DNA of 64,000 nucleotides from Octopus vulgaris (Eukaryota): positions 43,400,001 to 43,464,000 of the forward strand of contig OX597837.1 of assembly GCA_951406725.2 (NCBI GenBank). Direction: 5' to 3'. Both the position numbers and the translations under genes were made by a program. The notes under the pieces are model-generated. The model was not told the origin of the DNA. It was given only the letters and a program-made list of their open reading frames with translations, and did no database searches. Positions 15,261 to 29,069 of this stretch are shown piece after piece. Within the stretch, counting starts at the first letter, position 1, and every line of letters starts with the position of its first letter.

Positions 15261-16222
15261 ACAAGGAGCCAGAAATGTGTGTGTGTGTCTGTGCGTATAT
15301 GAGTATATATATAGGGTCCATTGTAGTACTGGTTCCTAATGCAGGGTTCTTTTCCTGATCAACCGTAATGAGCTGGAAAATGCAGAACGGAACCCAGCAT
15401 GAATAGTCAACTACGAGGAGGGAAAGGAATGTAAAAGGGAAAAAATAGGATGGGATGCAAAGCAGTAAAAGATGAAGAGGTAGGGGTTGTTGGGTGACAG
15501 ACCCTAGGAAAAAAGGCGTATTTAGCTGCGCCCCATGGTAATGAACGCGTTGGCATCGCCGCCAGAGAATGTCTAGTGACACTTGCTGCAGCAGACATCA
15601 CCACTTCGCTGGACTCATTTCTCAGACGTTATCCCGATTTTACGGTGGAAACCGGTAGTACGGGTTCCTTCGATGGTGACTGATAGAGGACGGCCAGGCT
15701 CCTTCGAATGAGGCTATGTTTGAAACTCCCTTTTATCTGTGCTCTTCGACTGCTTTTCCCAAATTCCTGTCGCTGTTGAGGACGAATTTCCTTTGCTCAA
15801 AGCCTAATCTTGTTCTTTTCATTATTTCAAATAATTTAAATCTGAAAAAGAAATGAAAATTAAGGCGTTATCCGCTGTGAAAGTGTGCATTCATTTTCCG
15901 CATACCCTGTATACATAGTATTTTGCGATTTTTCTTATAAGACAAGTGTATAATATATTACACCAGTGTTTACGTAATATACGAGTATAGACATCACATA
16001 CACATACATGCATATATCTGTATACATACATATATAGATATATATGAACATATATGTTTATATATATATATATGCATATATATATGTATACATACATACA
16101 TATACGTATACATACATATACGTATACATACATTGACATGAATGTACGTATATATATACATATATGTATATGCATATATACACACATACATACATATATA
16201 TGTGTGTATATATATACATACA

Positions 16223-16271
<49 letters not shown>

Positions 16272-16771
16272 GTATACATATATATACGTATATATACATA
16301 TATAGATGTATACGTATATATATATATGTATATATATATATACATATGCATATATATATATATATGTATATATATATACGTAAAGATATATATGTGTACA
16401 TATGTACGTATATGTATATATATATATATATATACATATCAACGTACTCACATACACACTAACATGTACACACACACTAACACACACACTAAGACACACA
16501 CATACACATACATACATGTACAATATTTGAGCGCTTGACGATTTTATACTTATCCACGGATGTATAATGTATTAGTGGAGTTTAATATATACTTCATGGC
16601 TTCGTCGTGTTCCAGAGGGTGATATGTTATTCCGTGCATGTCTGATGTGTGAGTTCACTCGCAAACGGGGAATAGAAAATGGAAGAACTTTGTCTCTCAT
16701 CTGCTTAGCTCCACCGAAAGCCGAGTTTAAGCAGCATCTTCATTCATTGGCTCCTCCTATTGCCGCTGCTG

Positions 16772-16833
<62 letters not shown>

Positions 16834-17239
16834 GCTACAATTAGCACTACGACCACCACCACCACCACCGCTACTGTTACTACTACTACTACCACCACCA
16901 CCACCATCGCATTCACTACTACCACTTCTACGCCATTTCTATGGATTAATTACGGTTGCCATATTCATAGGTGCAAATACTTGGATTGGATTGGATTGCC
17001 CATGTTCAGTCCGCTGCCGGATGAAGACCTCAGCATATTCCCTGCGCCGGAGAATGGTTTGAGCTCATACTGGTTTGAATAGTTTACTCTGCCACACTGG
17101 CTCAACGTGTCAAGGCGGAGGAATGCATTTTTTCTACTTATAACCAAGAAGTAGTTAAATTAATTACATTGTCCCCAGTACTCAACAATCCCAGACAAAC
17201 AGACATCTTTTTATAATGATGATTAAAAATATTAGTTTC

Positions 17240-17595
17240 AAATTTGGTGTAAAGCCATCAGATTCTTGGAACTAGATAAGTCGACTAAATTGACTTCAGT
17301 GTTCAACTGGTCCTTATTTCATCGCCCCCTAAAACATGAAAGGCAAAGTCGAACCCGAAGGAATTTGAACCCAGAACGTAAAGACTGACGTAATGCCTGT
17401 TTCTTTACTACATACAAGGGGCTGAACACAGAGAGGACAAACAAAGACAGACAAACAGATTAAGTCGATTATATTGAACCTAGTGCGCAACTGGTACTTA
17501 ATGTATCGACCCCGAAAGGATGAAAGGCAAAGTCGACCTCGGCAGAATTTGAACTCAGAACGTAACGGCAGACGAAATACCGCTAAGCATTTCGC
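17240..17595 (-). mobile_element. SINE family B copy plus adjacent older diverged body
   Basis: ATCGACCCCGAAAGGATGAAAGGCAAAGTCGACCTCGGC...GAACTCAGAACG at ~17505-17565; diverged second body at 17240-17398. Confidence 0.85.
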
Positions 17596-17984
17596 TGAAC
17601 CTTGTTTGAGCAGCCCTGTGAAAAAAGATGCTCTAGCCTTTATAGTCATAACTTTTGCTGCTATTTCTAGGAGAATGAGCAAGCGTGAGGCGGCTTTAAC
17701 TTCTAGAAGTAAGGGAAGCATTTCATTACAGTGGATTTGACTTTTCACAAACGCCATCGAACATCCGATCAAATTATGACCGTTAAGTTGTTACAAAAAT
17801 CCAGTGAGCTTCAGTGAGCTTCATCATGAAAGCCCAACATCTTAGAAATGGTAGCAAGATGCCCTTCAAATCACACCCTGCCGTCTAAGGGAACCAAAAT
17901 AGAACAGTGAATGATATATCGCTTCCTAATTGAGATTAATAGCAGCAAAATCCCTCAGATCCCTTAGATCTCACCCTATCTGCT

Positions 17985-18251
17985 GAGAGAAACAAATCAA
18001 AATGGCACCTGTAAACAACGATTTCATCTCAATCGAAGGAGAGGGGGCTTTCTCCGTCCGGGTTGCGGATCCGTGGAACAAGCTGCCGGGCGAGATAGTG
18101 AAGATGCTGACGACCGCTCGGTTCAAAGTCTCTCTTGACCAGAAATGGCCTGAACTCTTTGTATGAACACCCCGGTACATAACTCCCTGTCCCTCTACAT
18201 GGCCTTGCTTTTGTATTTTGAGCCAATAAAAATTGAATTGAATTGAATTGA
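17985..18251 (+). mobile_element. 5'-truncated CR1-type LINE: ORF2 end, 3' UTR and (AATTG)n tail
   Basis: FSVRVADPWNKLPGEIVKMLTTARFKVSLDQKWPELFV* (stop 18164-18166) matches the CR1 terminal motif FS.RV...WN.LP..VV......FK..LD..W; followed by AATAAA and (AATTG)4. Confidence 0.85.
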
Positions 18252-18667
18252 CAGGATGGCCAACGCTGGAATGCCGTTCATAATAGACCTACTCACTCGG
18301 GGGTTGAACTTGGGCTCCACAGCATATTAAGAGCAATCATGAAAATGGCCACGACGACGTTGGCGGCGGTGGCGGAGGCGACAACGAAAATGACAATATA
18401 ATCAAGTGCTTGGAATAAAATTTGAGATGGAAACAATTAATTGGAGTAGGAGTGAAAGTGGGAGAGGCAGTGGGAGGTGGAAATATATTTCAAAAACAAT
18501 GGCAATAGTATTTATTATTCAAAACATGTTGATTGGACAAAAATAATATATAAAACTGAAAGAAAGTAATGACAAAAAAACCCAGCAAAAACAATAATGT
18601 ATGTGTGTATGTATTCGGGTATACATGCGTATATGTGTGTGTGAGTGTGTGTGTCTAAGTACATACA

Positions 18668-18703
<36 letters not shown>

Positions 18704-18936
18704 TATGTGTGTGTGTGAGTATGTATGTATAAATGTACGTACGCACCTATGTATGTATGTACGTACGCATGTACGTATGTGTGTACGTATTTCTGTATGT
18801 ATGCATTTATAAGTGCGTGCATATATACATATGTATGTATGTATCTATCTATCTATTTCTCTCTCTATATATATATATCTATATATCTATATATCTATAT
18901 ATATATATACATACATATATATATATACATATATAT

Positions 18937-18984
<48 letters not shown>

Positions 18985-19074
18985 GTATATATATATATAT
19001 ACATATATATAAATATATATAGCGAGAGAAAGAGACAGACAGACAGATACATAGATAGATAGATAGATAGATAG

Positions 19075-19145
<71 letters not shown>

Positions 19146-19453
19146 GTAAGAGAGATAGATACAGATATAAATGTATGGATGTGTGTATATATGCTTGTAT
19201 AGGAGCGTTGTTGTTGTTTTTGTAGTTGTTGTCATAGAGTGCGTGACAGCAAGAGGCAGAATGCAGCGTTCTTTGATAAATTGGTTTTAAACTACATTTA
19301 TTCATTTCTGTTTTATTTTTATTACATAAATAAAAACAAACTCGATATTTTTAATTATTTTTAGCAGAACAGCTAATCAACCAATCAAAGAAGAATGTCG
19401 ATGACAAAACACTGAAACAAAAGAACCGTTAATTTTCATACAGAATACTATAT

Positions 19454-19526
<73 letters not shown>

Positions 19527-19547
19527 GTAAATATATATACATACATA

Positions 19548-19582
<35 letters not shown>

Positions 19583-19644
19583 ACATATATGTATGTATAT
19601 ATATTTACATATTTAAATATATAAATGTGTGCGTCTGCGTACGT

Positions 19645-19770
19645 GGGTAGAAAATGTAGTTGCGTGATAACAAGCTTGCTTTACAACCATGTGCTTCTGG
19701 GTTCAGTCCCATTGCATGGCACCTTGGTTTAAGTTTCTTCTTAAGCCTTGTGAGTGGAATATATATATTC

Positions 19771-19824
<54 letters not shown>

Positions 19825-20080
19825 GTGTGTGTGTGTATTTAGGTGTGTGTGTCTCTTTGCCTCTCTGTTTTCCCCACTCTACCATCGTTTGACCACCGAT
19901 GTTCGTATGTTTACGTTCCCATAACTTGGCGGTTCGGTAAAGAGACTACTAATATAGGTACTTCGCTTACAAAAGATAAGACCTGGAGTCGATTTCCTCG
20001 ACTAAAACCCTGTAACACAGTGCTCCCGCGTGGTTTCAATCAACTGACTAAAACAAGTAAAAGAATAAGACTAAAAGAAT
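19645..20080 (+). mobile_element. SINE family C, diverged
   Basis: GGGTTCAGTCCCATTGCATGGCACC head, internal TA tract, CCGATG...TTGGCGGTTCGGTAAAGAGAC body, TAAAAGAATA tail. Confidence 0.75.
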
Positions 20081-20125
20081 ATATATATATATATATGCAT
20101 GTATATATATATATATACATATATA

Positions 20126-20159
<34 letters not shown>

Positions 20160-20215
20160 TGTATATATATATATATGCATGTATATATATATATATATAT
20201 ATGCATGTATATATA

Positions 20216-20261
<46 letters not shown>

Positions 20262-20262
20262 C

Positions 20263-20538
20263 ATATGTTGCTACACATCGCTGGTCACAATGCGCTTCGC
20301 ATTGCTTTAGCCTTCAAATGACGCCACACCGCTGGCTAAGCGAGCAGGTCAACAGAAGAAAGAGAGAAAGTCGTGGCGAAAGAGTACAGCATGGATCACC
20401 ACCACCCCCTGCCGGAGCCTCGTGGATCTTTAGGTGTTTTCGCTCAATAAACACCCACAAGGCCCGGTCTGGGAATCGAAACGGTGATCCTACAACCGCG
20501 AGTCCGCTTCTCTAACCACTGGGCCATTGCACCTCCAC
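20263..20538 (-). mobile_element. SINE family E (family A head and core, different tail)
   Basis: 20385-20538 is the reverse complement of the family A head; 20263-20360 is shared with 14815-14915 and unrelated to the A tail. Confidence 0.85.
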
Positions 20539-20548
20539 CTATATATAT

Positions 20549-20603
<55 letters not shown>

Positions 20604-20643
20604 CACACACACACGAACACACACACACACACACACACACATA

Positions 20644-20716
<73 letters not shown>

Positions 20717-20880
20717 ATAATGATTCCTAATCAAGGTACAGAAATGGCGTACTCCGAATCAATGAGGTAATATAATGCCACGGTAAAAAAATTCCGCGAA
20801 TTAGTTACTCCAAAGTCAGTCGGAAGGACGGGACCCGTGTGAGCGTTCGGTAAATAGTTAATCCTCAAAAAAATTAAGTC

Positions 20881-21130
20881 CACCCAAAATGAAGAAAAAA
20901 CACAGCATGAAAAAAAACAGCAACGTGCTACATGCAAATAGGACGTACTACATGCAAAGTATCAAAATACGCTCAGGGAAGGAAAGAAAGGGTGCTTTAC
21001 GTTTCGAGCAAAGGCTCTCTTTAGAAACAGGAGACAGAGGGAAATCCAAGAAGAGCTTTGCTCAAAACGTAAAGCACCCTTTCTTGCGCTGTTATTTTTT
21101 TTGCTATGTTTTTTCTTCATTTTTTGGGGG
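20881..21130. mobile_element. Fold-back Penelope-terminus-like repeat with hammerhead motif
   Basis: Minus 20994-21028: GTTT-CTAAAGA-GAGC-CTTT-GCTC-GAAAC-GTA-AAGC; partial inverted copy at 21050-21085; outer arms 20881-20925 and 21086-21130 are complementary. Confidence 0.6.
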
Positions 21131-21161
21131 GATTAATTATTTATATGTATTTCATACACAC

Positions 21162-21468
21162 GTGGAGGCACATGGCCTAGTGGTTAGAGCAGCGGACTCG
21201 CGGTCGTGGGATCGCGTGTTCGAATCAGACAGGGTAATGTATGTGTTTATGGTCGAAACACCTAAGCTTCACGCGGCTCCGGCAGAAGGTAAATGGCGAA
21301 ACTTCTGCTGACTCTTTCGCCACAACTTTCTCTCACTCTGTCCTCCTGCATCTTGCAGCTCACCTGCGACGGACCGGCATCCCGTCCAGGTGGGGAATCT
21401 ATACGCCAAGGAAACCGGGAAACCAGCCCCTTATGAACCAGGCGTGGCTCGAGAAGGAACAAACAGCA
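21162..21468 (+). mobile_element. SINE family D (A-type head and core, third tail type)
   Basis: Head GTGGAGGCACATGGCCTAGTGGTTAGAGCAGCGGACTCGCGG; tail with CCTGCGACGGACCGGCATCCCGTCCAGG...GAAACCGG; imperfect TSD ATTTCA(T/C)AC(A/T)CAC. Confidence 0.8.
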
Positions 21469-21963
21469 ATTTCACACTCACACACATACATAAAGATAGA
21501 CAAAATGGAAATCGGAAACTTACGTACAGTGGTACCAGTACATGCGTGAACTCACACACAGACAGAAAATTACGCACACACACACATATAATTTCCCACT
21601 CACACACACACACACAAGCATATACGCGCACATGCGTTCATAACGGGACACAGGTGGACGTCCACACGTGCAGATTAAAACAGAAACACGAACTCGCTTC
21701 AGCACACAGGTACCTCACCGTGAAAAGTACATTTGCTCTTCTAGTCTCAGCGTAACCAAAGGGAAACACACACACACAGACACACACACACACACACACA
21801 AACACGCACGCACACACACACACGTATAGGTACGTAAGTATATGCTCGCACAAACACATACAATTATCTCCTCATGAACACATTCTCTCACTACTATAGT
21901 CACAGACATATATATTGTAATACACACATACACATATGCACGTATATACATACATATATATAT

Positions 21964-22069
<106 letters not shown>

Positions 22070-22794
22070 ACACTCACTCACTGCTATGTACAATTACGTT
22101 TTTATTCTTACGCAAACAGACTTACACAGACACATACACACATACACAGACAAACATACATTCATATACATGGTACTTCATTCCTCTATACACATGCATA
22201 TTCTTACGCACGCACACACGCACACACACGCACACACACGCGTATGCACACACATACATGCTCAGACAATCACCACTCAAATACACATTCTCATTCTTAT
22301 ATATATATATGTGTGCGTGTGTGTGTGTGTGCATCTATGTGTGTGTATTTATATATGTATGTATTTAAATATACATGCATATTCTTATTCACACATACAC
22401 ACATGTAGACAGACAAACGCACGAGAGTATACACATTATTTCACTTGTATTTAGACATACATATATATTTACTTACATGCATATATATACAGAGGGAGAC
22501 AGAGATAGAGTGAAAATCAATGAGAGAGACAGAGTGAGAGAGAGAGGGAAACAAGAAGACACGGTGAAGGGGGAAAGCGGGAAAGAAGACTAATATAACT
22601 GAGAGAGGGGCAAATGAAAGATATAAAAAGAGAGAGAGAGAGAGGAGGAGGAATGAAGAGAGGGAAGCAAGAAGATATGGCGTGAGGGGGAAAGCGGGAA
22701 AGAGTTTGAGGCGGCAGAAGACTAATAAAACAGAGAGAGGGGCAAATTGAAATATAAAAAGTGTGAGTGAGAGGATGGGTAGAGTGAAAGATAG

Positions 22795-22839
<45 letters not shown>

Positions 22840-23520
22840 GGATGAGAGAGAGAGAGAGAGAGAGAGCAAGGAGAGAGGGAGGAGATATGTAATGTAATGT
22901 AATGAGAAAGCGATGAGTGTTGTCGGGATTTCGATGGCGGTCTGCGTGTGGCGTGAGTGTGTTCGTTTGGCGTACATGATGTCATTGTGCGTGCTTAGTG
23001 AGCGTGTAACACAGAAAGAAGAGGAGGAGGAGGAGGAGGAGGAGGAGGAGGAGAGGGACACTGAAAGGGAGAGATTAAGGGGAACGGCGAGGATGGAGAG
23101 TCGGGGAGAGAGAGAAGACATAGTCAAAGCTGAAAATAGCAATCAATTTTTACACGAATTAATTATTTACAAGATGTCATGAACATTTTACAGCGAAGAC
23201 ATTTGTTCGAGAAATCTTCGAACAGATTTTAACAAATCTTCTGGGAATTTTTCGTTTAATTAATTTAAAACGGTGCATGTGTTAAGCCATTGTGCAATAC
23301 AATGCTCAGTGCACCGCTTTCCTGCCGTGGCAGCCAATGCCGAGAGTGCTTTTAATTTCCCAAATATCGTCTTTTACAAATATCAATTGAAGATATTACG
23401 AGAAATATTACATGCAGATTACTGAAGATGCATTTGTAAAGAAAAGAAAAAAACAGAACCCAGAAGGCATTAATCTATGTCTTTTAATATTATTTAATAT
23501 TTATTAGTAGTATCAAGTGG

Positions 23521-23780
23521 AAGGCGGCGAGCTGGCAGAAACGTTAGCACGCCGGGCGAAAGGTTTAGCGGTATTTCGTCTGCCGTTACGTTCTGAGTTC
23601 AAATTCCGCCGAGGTCGACTTTGCCTTTCATCCTTTCGAGGTCGATTAAATAATTACCAGTTACGCACTGGGTTGATATTATCGACTAAATCCGTTTGTC
23701 TGCTCTTGTTTGTCCTCTCTGTGTTTAGCCCCTTGTGGGTAGTAAAGAAACAGGTATTTCGTCTGCCGTTACGTTCTGAG
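23521..23780 (+). mobile_element. SINE family B, head + body + start of second body
   Basis: Full unit followed by AAAGAAACAG|GTATTTCGTCTGCCGTTACGTTCTGAG. Confidence 0.9.
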
Positions 23781-24550
23781 GGGGTGTGCTTATACCATCT
23801 TTTTTCTGTTGTTATTCCAAAATGTTGGCATAGCTTCCAGTATACATAGGTGTCAACTCTGTCGTGTCTGTGAATATATTCCTTCTTAGCCATGACTAGG
23901 CAGCCAGAGATAATATGATTTATTGTTTCTTGTCCATCTGCACATATTCTGCAGTTACTTGTTATGTTTCTTTTCATTACATGTTTTTGGTAATTGTGGA
24001 GGCGCAATGGCTCAGTAGTTACGGCAGCGGACTCGCGGGCATAGGATCGCGGTTTCGATTCCCAGACCGGGCGTTGTGAGTGTTTATTGAGCGAAAACAC
24101 CTAAAGCTCCACGAGGCTCCGGCAGGGGATGGTGGTGATCCCTGCTGTACTCTTTCACCACAACTTTCTCTCACTCTTACTTCCTGTTTCTCTTGTACCT
24201 GTATTTCAAAGGGCCGGCCTTGTCACTCTCTGTGTCACGCTGAATATCCCCGAGAACTACGTTAAGGGTACATGTGGCTGTGGAGTGCTCAGCCACTTAC
24301 ACGTTAATTTCACGAGCAGGCTGTTCCGTTGATTCGGATCAACCGGAACCCTCATCGTCGTAACCGACGGAGTGCTTCCATTTTGGTAATTTCTGGTGGG
24401 GAGGCTTTGGTCTTGTGCTGCAGTTAAAAATCCCTCTCTCTGCTTTGAGTCTTGAGCTTGTCAACCGTTTTTTGCATTTAGTTTAGTCCAGTATTTGCCA
24501 TGAAAGGGCTTCTCCTGCCATCGTTTTATCATGGTCCGTTGCTGTTCTAG

Positions 24551-24552
<2 letters not shown>
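23781..24552 (-). pseudogene. R4/Dong-clade non-LTR retrotransposon fragment (restriction-like endonuclease class), split by a SINE
   Basis: After removing the SINE: KRWQEKPFHGKYW...EGFLTAAQDQSLPTRNYQKHVMKRNITSNCRICADGQETINHIISGCLVMAKKEYIHRHDRV...WKLC...WYKHTP (CCHC knuckle + RHD motif). Confidence 0.88.
23996..24380 (+). mobile_element. SINE family A, full length with 11-bp TSD
   Basis: Near-identical to 1984-2375; TSD TTTTGGTAATT at 23985-23995 and 24381-24391. Confidence 0.93.
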
Positions 24553-24604
<52 letters not shown>

Positions 24605-25239
24605 AGTTGTTATTCCTCTCTACTTGCCGAAGAAAAAGATTTTACTTGATACACGGTGATATTTTATTTTCAAAAATACTCGCATACGGATGGCTTCTTA
24701 AAGTTTGGAGGTTCCCTCAAGCAGCGATGTCAAAGGGAAGAAAAAAACAGAGTTGTCTTTAATTTTCAGGTGTAGTTGATTTCTTTTTGCTTTCTCGTTA
24801 CCAACATTCGAATATTGTTCACCATTCCGGCAAAAGAAGACAGAAAACGTACAGAAAGCAACTAAGAGTTGTACTATGTTATTTGCAACGTGAAATATTA
24901 ATGGCCACCACGAAAGAAAATGTTAGAACCTTTGTATCGAATGGGAATAAACTAAGAGGAAATGCTGGCAACAACAACAAGATGAAGATCAATAACAGCC
25001 ACAGCACTAGCAACAACAACAATGATATGCATACGTTACAGAAAATATTAACTTAAAGTATAGAATATCATCCTTCGTAAATTTTAGAGAAAAATAAAAG
25101 AATCGTTTGATATAGAACACTTTGTTCCAAGGATGAAACTCTGGACGTATTTTGTACACGTGACAACCTGCAGCCTACTGCAATCCATTACCGAGGTACA
25201 TGGACAACCGACGAAAATAAATAACTTGTATTTTGTCAT

Positions 25240-26100
25240 CTCAGCGACGTGGTTCCGGGTTCAGTTCCACTGCATGTCACGTTGGTCGAGTGTCTCCTAT
25301 AGCTTCGAACTTCAAACCTATCGAAACCTTGTGAGTGGACGTGGTAGATGCAAACTGAAAGAATGCTGTCGTGTGTATGTGTGTGTGTGAGTGTGTGTAT
25401 GTGTTTGTGGGTATGTGTGAGAGTGTGTGTGTGTGAGTGTGTGTGTGTGTTTGTGGGTATGTGTGAGAGTGTGTGTGTGTGAGTGTGTGTATGTGTTTGT
25501 GGGTATGTGTGAGTGTGTGTGTGTGAGTGTGTGTATGTGTTTGTGGGTATGTGTGAGTGTGTGTGTGTGTGAGTGTGTGTATGTGTTTGTGGGTATGTGT
25601 GAGTGTGTGTGTGTGAGTGTGTGTATGTGTTTGTGGGTATGTGTGAGTGTGTGTGTGTGTGTGAGTGTGTGTATGTGTTTGTGGGTATGTGTGAGTGCGT
25701 GGATGTGTGTGTGTGTATGTGTGAGTGAGTGAGCGTGTGTATGTTTGTGTGTGTGTGAGTAGTGTGTATGTGTGAGTGAGTGAGTGAGAGTGTGAGTGTG
25801 TATGTATGTGTGTGTATGCGTTTGTGTATGTGTATGTGAGTGAGTGTGTGTGTGTGTGTATGTGTTTCTATGTTTGTTCTCCACCATTGATTGACGACCG
25901 GTGTTGGTGTGTTTACGTTCCCGTAAATTAGCCGCTCGGCAAAAGAGACCTGTAGAATAAGCACTAGACTTTAAAAAAAAATTAAAACAAGAACAAAAAA
26001 AAAAAAACAAAAACAAATATAGGGGTCAATTGATTCGACAAAAAAACCTCTTCAATGGCAGTGGCCCAGCATGGCCGCAGTCAAACAACTGTCACAAGAA
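25240..26100 (+). mobile_element. SINE family C with ~490-bp expanded internal (TG)-derived array
   Basis: 5' part 25240-25372 and 3' part 25865-26100 match family C; the middle is a TG-rich higher-order repeat. Confidence 0.75.
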
Positions 26101-26363
26101 TGAAGATGAAACTGATCGAAAACCCAAGGTGAAGTCCTTCACTTGCCAGATATTATACAACGATTCCATTTAGAAGATTCCGGAACAACCAGTCCAGAAC
26201 ATCATAAATAAGGAAGCAGACGGCAAACCTTATCACAGACGTTTTCTACCCAAATCTACGCAACTGGAGATTGAAATAATACAGGAAATTCTTCAATTAC
26301 TTGTTTTTTATTTTAACTTTTGTCTGCGTAAATATTTGAGTTTGGAAATGTTCGGATTCATCC

Positions 26364-26424
<61 letters not shown>

Positions 26425-26589
26425 CTCAGATGTAAGATAATCCTTCACGACGTCTTTGTTTATCGTTTCCGTCCATTTTCAACGCGTCTTCCTAATCCCC
26501 CTTCGCCCTCTTCTTTCCCCAGCCCCGGTTAATGTTACCTGATTATCTTCCTGTTGGGTCGAGACATTGTGACTGATAAAAAGAGCTTA

Positions 26590-26640
26590 TCGTCATTGTC
26601 TTTGCTGTCGCCTTCGTCGTCGTCGTCGACATCATCATTG

Positions 26641-26683
<43 letters not shown>

Positions 26684-26703
26684 CCTCATCGTCGTCGTCG
26701 TCG

Positions 26704-26736
<33 letters not shown>

Positions 26737-27230
26737 CCATCATCATCATCATCGTCTTCCTCATTATCATCATCATCCTCTTTGCTGTCGTCGTCATTGT
26801 CATCATCATCGTCATCATCATCACCACCATCACCATCAACATCATCATCATCATCATCATCGTCAATGTCACCTTCATCATTATCAGCAATATTGTCGTC
26901 GTCATCATCATCATCGTCGTCATCACCACCACCATCATCTTCATCTTCAACATCATTGTCATCATCATCATCATCAACATCACCATCATCATCATCATCA
27001 CCACCATCATCTTCACCATCATCTTCATCTTCAACATCATCATCATCATCATCATCATCGTCAATGTCACCTTCACCATTATCAGCAGTATCGTTGTTGT
27101 CATCATCATCAGTATCATCGTCGTCGTTGTCGTCGTCATCATCATCATCCTCATGTCGTCGTCATCATCATGATCATCATGATCATCATCACCATGTGAA
27201 CTTCATCATCATCATCATTATCGTCATTAT
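26590..27230. repeat. Imperfect (TCA/TCG)n trinucleotide array
   Basis: Directly visible; yields poly-S/M/D ORFs. Confidence 0.95.
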
Positions 27231-27350
27231 CAACCCTAGTCTTCGTTTTTTTTTTATCCCGGTTTTTGTTAATCCCAAAAAGGTTTGCATCGTCAGGTTG
27301 GAAAGATAATAAATTTTAGATTACAAAACTTCAGGAAAAGGGGGCAGCAG

Positions 27351-27386
<36 letters not shown>

Positions 27387-28309
27387 AACAGCAGCAATAA
27401 AAAAAATCCCATTCCACAAAATCGTTTAATTAATTGTACAAATACAACAGAAAGTTATTGAAACACAAAAATAAAATACGAAAAAAAAAATTAAAAAAAA
27501 CAACAACACAATACAATATTTTATTGTCACGTGTCTATCTCCGCTCCAAGTTCCGTTTCGTTTCAACAAGAATACAAGGACTTTTTTCTCTCCTTCATTG
27601 TTTATTTCTCCTTCATCATCATCATCCTCATCCTCCACCTCATCATCATTGTCGTCGTCGTCATCATCATCATCATCATCATCATCATGATCATCACTTT
27701 CTTCATTTTCGAGCTTTTTATTTCTTCTACTGCTTCTTCCTCATCTTCTGCCCCTCCTCCTCCTCCTCCTTCCCATTTTCCTCCTCCTCTTCCTTCTCCC
27801 CTCTCCCACCTCATCCTTCTTTTTCACCATTTTTTTCTTTATTCTTCTTCTTCTTCTTCTTCTCCTTGTGGTTGTTCTCCATCTTCTCCAAATATCAATA
27901 ATATATTTATTACGTATTTTTCTAAAGGCATCTTCAGATGCAAATATATAGCGTATGAAAAAAACACACACACAAAATCGCGCGCGCATACACATAGACA
28001 GATATACACACACACATGTATGTATATACGCATGCACAGTATGCATGCATGCATGCTTGAATATATTTATGTATGAATGAACATATTATATATATATATA
28101 CATACACAAATATGTATATATATACATACATATATACATATGATATATATATATATACATATATATACATACATATGATATATATATATATATATATATA
28201 CATACCTGTGTGTGTGTATGTATGTATATATATATTCGCTTGAACATATACATACACAGACAAGCACATATACATAAATACATATGTATAAATATATATA
28301 CACACATAC

Positions 28310-28356
<47 letters not shown>

Positions 28357-28593
28357 GTGTGTGTGTGTGTGTTATATATGCTTAAATACAAAGAAACGCA
28401 CACATATAAAGACAGCCAGCCACCGCACACACACATACACATATACACACATACACTACACACACACACAGACACTACACACACACACACACATATATAT
28501 ATTTGTTTCATTCCAGTCCAATATAATGTCACCACTTAAAACGAATATTTCTCTGTTACTCAAGTGGCAATAACGATAATACAAAATAAGAGC

Positions 28594-28626
<33 letters not shown>

Positions 28627-28827
28627 GGTAGCAATATATGAACAATACATAATAAATAGATAACATAATGAAATCCATACTCTAATAATATATTATTGTC
28701 AAACTCTAGAAAGAAAACATTAATAAAACTACTATATTATGATTACGTTGGTTGACAAAAGTGTGTTTGTATGTATTAATATTAGAATGTGGTTCGGAGT
28801 GAGTTAGTGTGATATCCCTTTCTAGAA

Positions 28828-28975
28828 GCATGGCTGTGTGGCTAACAAACTCGCTTTGCAGGCAAGCAGCATCGTGTGTATGGTATGTTAGAAGAATTTC
28901 AATGTAAATCTGTGTCTTCCACCGATGCCTTGTGAGAGAATTTGGTAGACAAAGCCGGTGAGGAAGTCTGTTGTG

Positions 28976-28980
<5 letters not shown>
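28828..28980 (+). mobile_element. SINE family C 5' part, diverged
   Basis: CATGGCTGTGTGG...CCGATGCCTTGTGAGAGAATTTGGTAGAC. Confidence 0.6.

Positions 28981-29068
<88 letters not shown>

Positions 29069-29069
<1 letters not shown>

Noticed and set aside
15310-15830. GC-richer segment next to the P2 repeat as a PLE endonuclease remnant
   Set aside because: No GIY-YIG or other motif could be read in any frame; left unassigned
22520-22765. ~120-bp direct duplication in a GA-rich tract
   Set aside because: Ordinary local slippage duplication in low-complexity sequence
26554-27309. 251-aa Ser-rich ORF
   Set aside because: Almost entirely a (TCA/TCG)n array, also open on the opposite strand; no splice or domain support
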